Assembly (NCBI GenBank): GCA_002269645.1
Contig: NIVC01004326.1
Coordinates: 1 to 50,455 of the forward strand
Direction: 5' to 3'
From: Macrostomum lignano
Lineage: Eukaryota
DNA: 50,455 bases
Shown: positions 23,471 to 34,200 of the stretch, piece by piece
Layout of the letters: every line of letters starts with the position of its first letter
Position numbering within the stretch: position 1 is the first letter of the stretch
Program-made: the position numbers and the translations under genes
The notes under the pieces: generated by a model
What the model saw: the letters and a program-made list of their open reading frames with translations, nothing else
What the model was told of the DNA's origin: nothing
Database searches by the model: none

Positions 23471-23836
23471 GCAGTCCCTCTGGTTTATGGCGTTGGACCA
23501 GGCATTGTCGCCCTGGGCTGCCTGCTCTGCCTCACCCTACTGTCGGGGCTGATCGCCTCGCGCTTGAAGTCAAGTTCTGCTGGTCGCCAATTTGGTCTTT
23601 TAATCGGCGCCGCCGCTCTGTTGGCCTGCGCCGGCTTGCTCAGCCTTCCACGGCCGGCTGCTCCTGCGGCCGACGCTGCCACGGTCGACTTCATGCTGAT
23701 TGGCCGGGCCAGCCTGCTGTGCGGCCTGGCTGTGGCTCTGCTCCTTGCCGGCCTGCAGGAGTTCGTCCTGCTGAACTCGGTTGGCGGCGGGCCGGACTTT
23801 GTGCCCGGCTTTAACTAGCGGCTGGACCCGCTGGGA
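23471..23836 (+). CDS. Exon A of an unidentified multi-pass membrane protein (3 hydrophobic helices); in-frame TAG at 23816-23818 followed by a phase-0 donor at 23837
   Basis: GC-rich island. Acceptor TTTCTTTCAG|GCA, open frame AVPLVYGVGPG through FVPGFN*RLDPLG, donor GGA|GTAAGA. No start exon identified. Confidence 0.65.
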
Positions 23837-24748
23837 GTAAGACGGTGTATCTGCATGTATGGGAATTTAATTTAATCTCCTAGTTTCTCTTCACGTGTAT
23901 TACATTTTTATTTTACTTGTGATTGTACTTTTAACTGAAATATTCATTGTATTGTATTGTACTGTGAATATACTTTTGAATGTACTTTTGATTGCACTGT
24001 ACTATTGGTTGTAATTTGTATGTACCGTTGATTGTACTTTTGAATGTACTTTTGATTGCACTGTCAACTGTACTTTTGACTGTGCTGTTTTTTGTACTCT
24101 TTATTGTACTTCAGAATGTATTGTTTTTGTACTTTTTAATGTACTTTTAATCGTTTCTAATCCCAATCCCATAAATGCTGGTATTTAATGTGTATCGAAC
24201 AGAAATCCGAATGTTCCTATCCATACAAATTTCATTAAAACTCTTAACGTATTCTCGATTTATGATCTTAGTCTGACTGTTTCGTCCCGATGCACTAAAA
24301 AGCATCCAGCTTGTATCGTGTACTTTCGCAACTACGTATTAGCTATTTGAGATTAGTGTCAATCAAACAGCTTCCGGTATTTTAATTGTGCAATTTATGC
24401 ATCTTTTCTAGTCTCCATTTATAGTAAGTATGCCCACGCAGTTTGCACTTGGTATTTTCTACAAATAAATCCTCTGCAATTAAAAATTTTACCCACAATT
24501 ATATTGTCTCAACTTGAATTTAATGATTAATTGATTAATCGGGGAGTTTTAGCTAACAACTATAATAAATTTTTAATGCTTTCTACGAGTATTAGGTCGT
24601 AGTAGAAAGAGATGAATTATAAGAGACTATACTGTCTTGGCTATAAAACATTTGCTAACTGTCCGATTTGGGAGTGGCTTTTACAAGCTCGAAATTTCAC
24701 ATTATAGTTTTAGAATTTGTTTAAGTGACTAGCTGGGCTTTGCGACGA

Positions 24749-25061
24749 TGTGAAGTTTCGAGCTCTTGAAGTTTCGAGCTTATGAAAGTTTCGAGCTTGT
24801 GAAAGCTTCGAGCTTGTGAAGTTTCGAGCTTGTGAAGTTTCGAGCTTGTGAAGTTTCGAGCTTGTGAAAGCTTCGAGCTTGTGAAGTTTCGAGCTTGTGA
24901 AGTTTCGAGCTTGTGAAGTTTCGAGCTTGTGAAAGCTTCGAGCTTGTGAAGTTTCGAGCTTGTGAAAGCTTCGAGCTTCTGAAGTTTCGAGCTTGTAAAG
25001 TTTCGATCTTGTGAAGTTTCGAGCTTATGAAAGCTTCGAGCTTAAGAAAGTTTGGAGCTTT
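24749..25061 (+). repeat. 16/17-bp minisatellite (GTTTCGAGCTTGTGAA / GCTTCGAGCTTGTGAAA) between exons A and B
   Basis: About 19 units read directly. Confidence 0.95.
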
Positions 25062-25175
25062 TAAAGCCCCCGCCACGTAAAACTTGGCTAAAAGCAGCTT
25101 AGTAACTCTATATACAGCTAAGACAACACTTAAAAGTGTTTAAATATTGAAGATGATTCGAATTACTCACCCCAG

Positions 25176-25499
25176 GCCACCGTCGGCTCGGGCCTCATCC
25201 TGCTAGCGGTCCTATGGGGCCTGGCGCTTCTCCTGCTTACCGTGTCCGCCCGGGCGCATTCCGGGCTCCGTTTTATTGGCGTGCCGGTCTTGCTGCTCAC
25301 CGGCCTGGTCACGGCTATTCTGGTCACCATGCCGCGCGGCGATTCGCAACTAGCCGATGCCAGCGCTATGTTCGATGCGATGTACGTGCCAAGGGTTGTG
25401 CTGCTGCTGCTGTTCTCCCTGCTGGCGCTGTCGTCGGGGCTTGTCTACTTCCAGATGGCCGCCGGGTTGCGTCTGGTGCCAGCTGAAACTGCGAGCTGA
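25176..25499 (+). CDS. Exon B of an unidentified multi-pass membrane protein (3 hydrophobic helices), paralogous to exon A
   Basis: Acceptor CCCCAG|GCC (phase 0); open frame ATVGSGLILL through LVPAETAS, TGA at 25497-25499; shares motif spacing with exon A. Confidence 0.65.
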   Translation, partial: ATVGSGLILLAVLWGLALLLLTVSARAHSGLRFIGVPVLLLTGLVTAILVTMPRGDSQLADASAMFDAMYVPRVVLLLLFSLLALSSGLVYFQMAAGLRLVPAETAS

Positions 25500-25705
25500 T
25501 TGGCTGGGACTGGTGCGAGTTGTCTGGCTCTGATTGGCTGGGACTGGTGCGAGGTGCCTGGCTCTGATTGGCTGGGATTGGTGCGAGGTGTCTGGCTCTG
25601 ATTGGCTGGGACTGGTGTGGGGTGCCTGGCATTGACTGCAATTTGATTGGCTGTGACTGTTACAGGGTGCCTGGCTTTGATTGGCTGGGACTGTGCTGGT
25701 TGTTT
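25496..25705 (+). repeat. 34-bp minisatellite (CTGATTGGCTGGGACTGGTGCGAGGTGTCTGGCT)
   Basis: Units start at 25496, 25530, 25564 and 25598, followed by about 2 degenerate units. Confidence 0.92.
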
Positions 25706-26416
25706 GGTGATTCGAAAACGTCATCTCTTTTAAAAATCATGCTAAGAAGTGTGTCGGGTGTTACCCTCTGATATTTTAAGATCTTGCCCGTTTGACTGCT
25801 GTGGTTTTGAAATTTACCTACCCAATAACTGTTATTTTCGTCGTTTTCTGTTTTACAGTGCATGTGCGCACACACTACTACTAGTCCATAGGAATTACGT
25901 GATTTTCCCGTCCAGAATTGTTTCAGTCTGATCCATTATTGATTTACGCTATTCGCACAAGCCATCAAGGCTTAAGGTATATTTTACTTACTTTTTTTCA
26001 GTGCAATATTTATTGTGCGAAGTTTTTACGGATTTTTGAGTTTTCTATCGCAACAATAAAACAGGCCAATTAATGTACTTTAATGTGCAATTTCATTTTG
26101 CTGACAATGTGCATTAAAAACAGTAAAATAGGTCGAACTCGCTGTGTATTTTTTCATTTAAATAATCTGTTTTAATACTTTACGTTTGTGCCTTTCTGGT
26201 TTGTTCGTTGTTCTTAGAAACAAGATGTACGCAATTAAATTTGTTTAAATTGAGTGAGATCATAAAAAAACTATTTAAATAATTTGAGATCGGTGCGCAA
26301 TGTTGATAAATTTACTCATTTAGAAGTAATTTTACTCGTATATAATAAGTAAAAAATAGGTAGTATAACAAAAATTTCATCAATAAGAGTTCCATGCGCT
26401 GGCGAACTCCAAAAAT

Positions 26417-28143
26417 TCACTCTGCAGGCTGGTTCTGCTCAATCATATCCTTCACCGACATTGTGAGCACCCGGGCGAACTCTGGAAGTTTTTTGTAAAC
26501 AAAATTAAATATAAAATCTGGCAATATAACGATATAGCCAGCAACCCTGCCCATCAGATCTTCAGTGCCAGCCCCCCTGTCCACCAGATCTTCAGTGTCA
26601 GCCCCCCCCCTGTCCACCAGATCTTCAGTGCCAGCCCCCCCCTGTCCACCAGATCTTCAATGTCAGCCCCCCTGTCCACCAGATCTTCAGTGTCAGCCCC
26701 CCTGTCCACCAGATCTTCAATGTCAGCCCCCCTGTCCACCAGATCTTCAGTGTCAGCCCCCCTGTCCACCAGATCTTCAGTGCCAGCCCCCCCTGTCCAC
26801 CAGATCTTCAGTGCCAGCCTTCCCTTTCCAATGTCCCTAATTCGCACCTTCGATGCTCAGCTGACCGTCGCCGTCCATGTCCACCAGATTCATGAGTTCT
26901 TCGATCTCCTCGTCAGTCAGAGGCTCCTTGCCCATGGCTGTCAGGCCATCCTTGAGCTCCTGGCGATCAACGTAGCCCGAGCCGTCGGTGTCGAATACCT
27001 GTAGAATAAATTTTAAAGCCTGGATTAGTTTAATTACCGAGTTGAAGTAAAAGGGGTTGTGGCTAGAGCGCCGGACTCACGACTGAAAGTTCGGGGGTTC
27101 GATTCTTGCGTCCTTGAGCAAGACACTTAACTCTGCATTGCTTCAGTTCACCCAGCTGTAAAATGGGTGCCAGAATTAGCTGGGGTAATTGAGGGTGTGT
27201 GTGGCGACCCCCCAGTCCTTGGACTGAACAGCCGCACGCAGCCTTCAGATGCGCCGCAATAGCTTATATATATATAGATATATGTAATGAGGTAGAGGAT
27301 GTTACATTCTATACTCGATTTTCTTAGAAATCAGCTGAAATGCTATATGCTATTTAAATGCTATAGAAAGCCCATAGCGCTGAATGGGCTTTTACCATAG
27401 ACAAACTCGGTCGAAAAAGATACTAAATGCAATAGGGTTTCGGCTCGTTTCTAAGAAAATCGAGCTTAACTTCTTTTTCTTCACTCCAACGTCTGCACCA
27501 CCCGTACTAAAATTTTGATGATAAAGTGTCCAGCTTAGAGAGAAGATTTTTTATTTTAAGTTTCAAAGAAACTGAATATGGGCTTCTGTGACTGAAGTTT
27601 TACAAAAGGATTGCTGAATATACCAACAGCTACCGCCATGAGATCTCATGATTCTGTCAAATTGCACTGACATGTAAGTGATCAGATGGATTAAATTTTT
27701 GAATACTTTTTTTCAGAAAAATTTTTCAACTTTCAAGTCGTCCACGATTGATACTTCCTTCCCGCTTGCCCGGACAACTTTTATGAACAGAAAAAAATAC
27801 AGTAAAGTCCTTGATAACTCACGCTGAATGCTTTGCGCAGCTTCTCCATCCGGTCGTTCTTCTGCTTCTGCTTCTTTTTAGCCATGGCGCAGAACTCCTT
27901 GAAACTAACTGTCCCGTTGCCGTCTGCAATTGAGCACAAGACGGAACAATTAATGATAAGAAACTTTGAGTCTAATATGAGCGTACAGGTAGTAAAATTA
28001 TCCTTAGCTAACCTGTGTCAACTTCTTCCATCATCTTTTTGATGGAATTCTCCGACACGTCGCAGTCGGCAACCTGCATAACATTTCGCAGCTCAGTCTC
28101 GTCGATGCTGCCGCTGTTGTCGGCGTCGAACAATTGGAAGCAA
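26417..28143 (-). CDS. Calmodulin-like four-EF-hand calcium-binding protein, 5' partial: complement(join(26417..26481, 26848..26998, 27823..27923, <28013..28143))
   Basis: GT-AG introns with matching phases (1, 0, 1). EF loops DADNSGSIDETE, DTDGNGTVSFKE, DTDGSGYVDRQE and DMDGDGQLSIEE; TGA at 26419-26417. The acceptor at 28144 is phase 2, so an upstream exon is required. Confidence 0.92.
26538..26819. repeat. ~30-bp minisatellite (CAGCCCCCCTGTCCACCAGATCTTCAGTGY) in the last intron of the EF-hand gene
   Basis: About 9 units with variable C-run length. Confidence 0.95.
27050..27263 (+). mobile_element. tRNA-derived CORE-type SINE, copy 2 (3' truncated, ~21-nt internal deletion)
   Basis: A box TGGCTAGAGCG and B box GGTTCGATTCT; the CORE-like block is nearly identical to the 14378 copy. 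Confidence 0.82.
27312..27466. mobile_element. ~155-bp MITE-like element with a 17-bp perfect inverted repeat, possibly TA-flanked (Tc1/mariner-like)
   Basis: CTCGATTTTCTTAGAAA at 27314-27330 and TTTCTAAGAAAATCGAG at 27448-27464; TA at 27310-27311 and 27467-27468. Confidence 0.55.
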
Positions 28144-28282
28144 CTGTAGACAACTGGAGCAGCGGGTGGGGCAGTGAGGAATCGTGTAACACGTTAGCGG
28201 AAGTCGTCTGGGGATAGCTGTTTGTGATTTGCTTTGGGTAGCAGTTGAGAGCGTTGTTTCTTGTGCAACTGTCCGAGTAAGC

Positions 28283-31200
28283 GTTTGTGAAAGCTTCTAA
28301 GACGTGTTTATGATGTCTTCTAAAGACTGTTTGTGAAGGCTTCTAAGAACGATGATATGATGGCGTCAGAGAACGGGGTTGTGATGGCTTCTAAGGATAT
28401 CGTTGTGATGGCTTCTAAGGATATGGTTGTGATGGCTTCTAAGGGTATGGTTGTGATTGCTTCTAAGGATATGGTTGTGATGGCTTCTAAGGATATGGTT
28501 GTGATGGCTTCTAAGGGATGTGGTTGTGATGGCTTCTAAGGATATGGTTGTGATGGCTTCTAAGGGTATGGTTGTGATTGCTTCTAAGGATATGGTTGTG
28601 ATGGCTTCTAAGGATATGGTTGTGATGGCTTCTAAGGGATGTGGTTGTGATGGCTTCTAAGGATATGGTTGTGATGGCTTCTAAGGGATGTGTTTGTGAT
28701 GGCTTCTAAGGATATGGTTGTGATGGCTTCTAAGGGATATGGTTGTGATGGCTTCTAAGGGATGTGGTTGTGATGGCTTCTAAGGATATGGTTGTGATGG
28801 CTTCTAAGGATATGGTTGTGATGGCTTCTAAGGATATGGTTGTGATGGCTTCTAAGGGATATGGTTTTGATGGCTTCTAAGGACGTGGTTGTGATGGCTT
28901 CTAAGGATATGGTTGTGATGGCTTCTAAGGATATGGTTGTGATGGCTTCTAAGGATATGGTTGTGATGGCTTCTAAGGACGTGGTTGTGATGGCTTCTAA
29001 GGATATGGTTGTGATGGCTTCTAAGGGATGTGGTTGTGATGGCTTCTAAGGGATATGGTTGTGATGGCTTCTAAGGATATGGTTGTGATGGCTTCTAAGG
29101 ATGTGGTTGTGATGGCTTCTAAGGATATGGTTGTGATGGCTTCTAAGGATATGGTTGTGATGGCTTCTAAGGATATGGTTGTGATGGCTTCTAAGGGATA
29201 TGGTTGTGATGGCTTCTAAGGATATGGTTGTGATGGCTTCTAAGGACGTGGTTGTGATGGCTTCTAAGGATATGGTTGTGATGGCTTCTAAGGGATGTGG
29301 TTGTGATGGCTTCTAAGGATATGGTTGTGATGGCTTCTAAGGATATGGTTGTGATGGCTTCTAAGGATATGGTTGTGATGGCTTCTAAGGGATGTGGTTG
29401 TGATGGCTTCTAAGGATATGGTTGTGATGGCTTCTAAGGGATGTGGTTGTGATGGCTTCTAAGGATATGGTTGTGATGGCTTCTAAGGATATGGTTGTGA
29501 TGGCTTCTAAGGATATGGTTGTGATGGCTTCTAAGGATATGGTTGTGATGGCTTCTAAGGATATGGTTGTGATGGCTTCTAAGGATATGGTTGTGATGGC
29601 TTCTAAGGATATGGTTGTGATGGCTTCTAAGGACGTGGTTGTGATGGCTTCTAAGGATATGGTTGTGATGGCTTCTAAGGGATATGGTTGTGATGGCTTC
29701 TAAGGATATGGTTGTGATGGCTTCTAAGGACGTGGTTGTGATGGCTTCTAAGGATATGGTTGTGATGGCTTCTAAGGGATGTGGTTGTGATGGCTTCTAA
29801 GGGATATGGTTGTGATGGCTTCTAAGGGATATGGTTGTGATGGCTTCTAAGGATATGGTTGTGATGGCTTCTAAGGATATGGTTGTGATGGCTTCTAAGG
29901 ATATGGTTGTGATGGCTTCTAAGGATATGGTTGTGATGGCTTCTAAGGATATGGTTGTGATGGCTTCTAAGGATATGGTTGTGATGGCTTCTAAGGACGT
30001 GGTTGTGATGGCTTCTAAGGATATGGTTGTGATGGCTTCTAAGGATATGGTTGTGATGGCTTCTAAGGATATGGTTGTGATGGCTTCTAAGGATATGGTT
30101 GTGATGGCTTCTAAGGGATGTGGTTGTGATGGCTTCTAAGGGATATGGTTGTGATGGCTTCTAAGGGATATGGTTGTGATGGCTTCTAAGGGATGTGGTT
30201 GTGATGGCTTCTAAGGATATGGTTGTGATGGCTTCTAAGGATATGGTTGTGATGGCTTCTAAGGATATGGTTGTGATGGCTTCTAAGGGATATGGTTGTG
30301 ATGGCTTCTAAGGATATGGTTGTGATGGCTTCTAAGGACGTGGTTGTGATGGCTTCTAAGGATATGGTTGTGATGGCTTCTAAGGATGTGGTTGTGATGG
30401 CTTCTAAGGATATGGTTGTGATGGCTTCTAAGGATATGGTTGTGATGGCTTCTAAGGATATGGTTGTGATGGCTTCTAAGGGATGTGGTTGTGATGGCTT
30501 CTAAGGATATGGTTGTGATGGCTTCTAAGGGATGTGGTTGTGATGGCTTCTAAGGATATGGTTGTGATGGCTTCTAAGGATATGGTTGTGATGGCTTCTA
30601 AGGATATGGTTGTGATGGCTTCTAAGGATATGGTTGTGATGGCTTCTAAGGATATGGTTGTGATGGCTTCTAAGGATGTGGTTGTGATGGCTTCTAAGGA
30701 TATGGTTGTGATGGCTTCTAAGGACGTGGTTGTGATGGCTTCTAAGGATATGGTTGTGATGGCTTCTAAGGATATGGTTGTGATGGCTTCTAAGGATATG
30801 GTTGTGATGGCTTCTAAGGATATGGTTGTGATGGCTTCTAAGGACGTGGTTGTGATGGCTTCTAAGGATATGGTTGTGATGGCTTCTAAGGGATATGGTT
30901 GTGATGGCTTCTAAGGGATGTGGTTGTGATGGCTTCTACGGACGTGGTTATGATGGCTTCTACGGATGTGGTTGTGATGGCTTCTACGGATGTGGTTGTG
31001 ATGGCTTCTACGGATGTGGTTGTGATGGCTTCTAAGGGATGTGGTTGTGATGGCTTCTAAGGATATGGTTGTGATGGCTTCTAAGGGATGTGGTTGTGAT
31101 GGCTTCTAAGGGATGTGGTTGTGATGGCTTCTACGGACGTGGTTATGATGGCTTCTACGGATGTGGTTGTGATGGCTTCTACGGATGTGGTTGTGATGGC

Positions 31201-34200
31201 TTCTACGGATGTGGTTGTGATGGCTTCTACGGATGTGGTTGTGATGGCTTCTAAGGGATATGGTTGTGATGGCTTCTAAGGGATGTGGTTGTGATGGCTT
31301 CTAAGGATATGGTTGTGATGGCTTCTAAGGGATGTGGTTGTGATGGCTTCTAAGGATATGGTTGTGATGGCTTCTAAGGATATGGTTGTGATGGCTTCTA
31401 AGGACGTGGTTGTGATGGCTTCTAAGGATATGGTTGTGATGGCTTCTAAGGATATGGTTGTGATGGCTTCTAAGGATATGGTTGTGATGGCTTCTAAGGA
31501 CGTGGTTGTGATGGCTTCTAAGGATATGGTTGTGATGGCTTCTAAGGGATATGGTTGTGATGGCTTCTAAGGATATGGTTGTGATGGCTTCTAAGGATAT
31601 GGTTGTGATGGCTTCTAAGGGATGTGGTTGTGATGGCTTCTAAGGATATGGTTGTGATGGCTTCTAAGGATATGGTTGTGATGGCTTCTAAGGATATGGT
31701 TGTGATGGCTTCTAAGGATATGGTTGTGATGGCTTCTAAGGGATATGGTTGTGATGGCTTCTAAGGATATGGTTGTGATGGCTTCTAAGGATATGGTTGT
31801 GATGGCTTCTAAGGACGTGGTTGTGATGGCTTCTAAGGATATGGTTGTGATGGCTTCTAAGGATATGGTTGTGATGGCTTCTAAGGATATGGTTGTGATG
31901 GCTTCTACGGACGTGGTTATGATGGCTTCTACGGATGTGGTTGTGATGGCTTCTACGGATGTGGTTGTGATGGCTTCTAAGGGATGTGGTTGTGATGGCT
32001 TCTAAGGATATGGTTGTGATGGCTTCTAAGGATATGGTTGTGATGGCTTCTAAGGGATATGGTTGTGATGGCTTCTAAGGGATGTGGTTGTGATGGCTTC
32101 TAAGGATATGGTTGTGATGGCTTCTAAGGATATGGTTGTGATGGCTTCTAAGGGATGTGGTTGTGATGGCTTCTAAGGATATGGTTGTGATGGCTTCTAA
32201 GGATATGGTTGTGATGGCTTCTAAGGGATGTGGTTGTGATGGCTTCTAAGGATATGGTTGTGATGGCTTCTAAGGATGTGGTTGTGATGGCTTCTACGGA
32301 CGTGGTTGTGATGGCTTCTACGGATGTGGTTGTGATGGCTTCTACGGATGTGGTTGTGATGGCTTCTAAGGATGTGGTTGTGATGGCTTCTAAGGATATG
32401 GTTGTGATGGCTTCTAAGGATATGGTTGTGATGGCTTCTAAGGATATGGTTGTGATGGCTTCTAAGGGATATGGTTGTGATGGCTTCTAAGGATATGGTT
32501 GTGATGGCTTCTAAGGATATGGTTGTGATGGCTTCTAAGGATATGGTTGTGATGGCTTCTAAGGGATATGGTTGTGATGGCTTCTAAGGATATGGTTGTG
32601 ATGGCTTCTAAGGGATATGGTTGTGATGGCTTCTAAGGGATGTGGTTGTGATGGCTTCTAAGGATATGGTTGTGATGGATTCTAAGGATATGGTTGTGAT
32701 GGCTTCTAAGGGATGTGGTTGTGATGGCTTCTAAGGATATGGTTGTGATGGCTTCTAAGGATATGGTTGTGATGGCTTCTAAGGATATGGTTGTGATGGC
32801 TTCTAAGGGATGTGGTTGTGATGGCTTCTAAGGATATGGTTGTGATGGCTTCTAAGGGATGTGGTTGTGATGGCTTCTAAGGATATGGTTGTGATGGCTT
32901 CTAAGGATATGGTTGTGATGGCTTCTAAGGATATGGTTGTGATGGCTTCTAAGGATATGGTTGTGATGGCTTCTAAGGATATGGTTGTGATGGCTTCTAA
33001 GGGATGTGGTTGTGATGGCTTCTAAGGATATGGTTGTGATGGCTTCTAAGGACGTGGTTGTGATGGCTTCTAAGGATATGGTTGTGATGGCTTCTAAGGA
33101 TATGGTTGTGATGGCTTCTAAGGGATATGGTTGTGATGGCTTCTAAGGATATGGTTGTGATGGCTTCTAAGGACGTGGTTGTGATGGCTTCTAAGGATAT
33201 GGTTGTGATGGCTTCTAAGGATATGGTTGTGATGGCTTCTAAGGATGTGGTTGTGATGGCTTCTAAGGACGTGGTTGTGATGGCTTCTAAGGATGTGGTT
33301 GTGATGGCTTCTAAGGATGTGGTTGTGATGGCTTCTAAGGATATGGTTGTGATGGCTTCTAAGGATATGGTTGTGATGGCTTCTAAGGGATGTGGTTGTG
33401 ATGGCTTCTAAGGATGTGGTTGTGATGGCTTCTAAGGATGTGGTTGTGATGGCTTCTAAGGATGTGGTTGTGATGGCTTCTAAGGATGTGGTTGTGATGG
33501 CTTCTACGGATGTGGTTGTGATGGCTTCTAAGGATGTGGTTGTGATGGCTTCTAAGGATATGGTTGTGATGGCTTCTAAGGATATGGTTGTGATGGCTTC
33601 TAAGGATATGGTTGTGATGGCTTCTAAGGATATGGTTGTGATGGCTTCTAAGGATATGGTTGTGATGGCTTCTAAGGATATGGTTGTGATGGCTTCTAAG
33701 GATATGGTTGTGATGGCTTCTAAGGGATATGGTTGTGATGGCTTCTAAGGATATGGTTGTGATGGCTTCTAAGGGATATGGTTGTGATGGCTTCTAAGGG
33801 ATGTGGTTGTGATGGCTTCTAAGGATATGGTTGTGATGGCTTCTAAGGATATGGTTGTGATGGCTTCTAAGGATGTGGTTGTGATGGCTTCTAAGGATAT
33901 GGTTGTGATGGCTTCTAAGGATATGGTTGTGATGGCTTCTAAGGGATATGGTTGTGATGGCTTCTAAGGGATGTGGTTGTGATGGCTTCTAAGGATATGG
34001 TTGTGATGGCTTCTAAGGGATGTGGTTGTGATGGCTTCTAAGGATATGGTTGTGATGGCTTCTAAGGATATGGTTGTGATGGCTTCTAAGGATATGGTTG
34101 TGATGGCTTCTAAGGATATGGTTGTGATGGCTTCTAAGGATATGGTTGTGATGGCTTCTAAGGATGTGGTTGTGATGGCTTCTAAGGATATGGTTGTGAT

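Noticed and set aside
23413-23474. ATG at 23413 as start of the membrane gene via a 58-nt intron (ATGG|GTACAT...GCAG|TC)
   Set aside because: It is in frame, but the donor is weak and it needs the second of two AGs; insufficient support without transcripts.
23540-23610. MFS transporter assignment from SGLIASRL...GRQFGLLIG (motif A-like)
   Set aside because: The key Asp and spacing are missing, and the 3+3 internal repeat with PR-x5-ADA does not fit what I know of MFS topology. Left unassigned pending a profile search.
23930-24150. Degenerate TGTACTTTTGA-type repeats
   Set aside because: Low-complexity intronic sequence with no consistent period.
28068-28074. Apparent donor CAG|GTTGCC in the EF-hand gene
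   Set aside because: The frame continues through VADCDVSENSIKKMMEEVDT, the helix needed for EF2, to the phase-matched donor at 28012.
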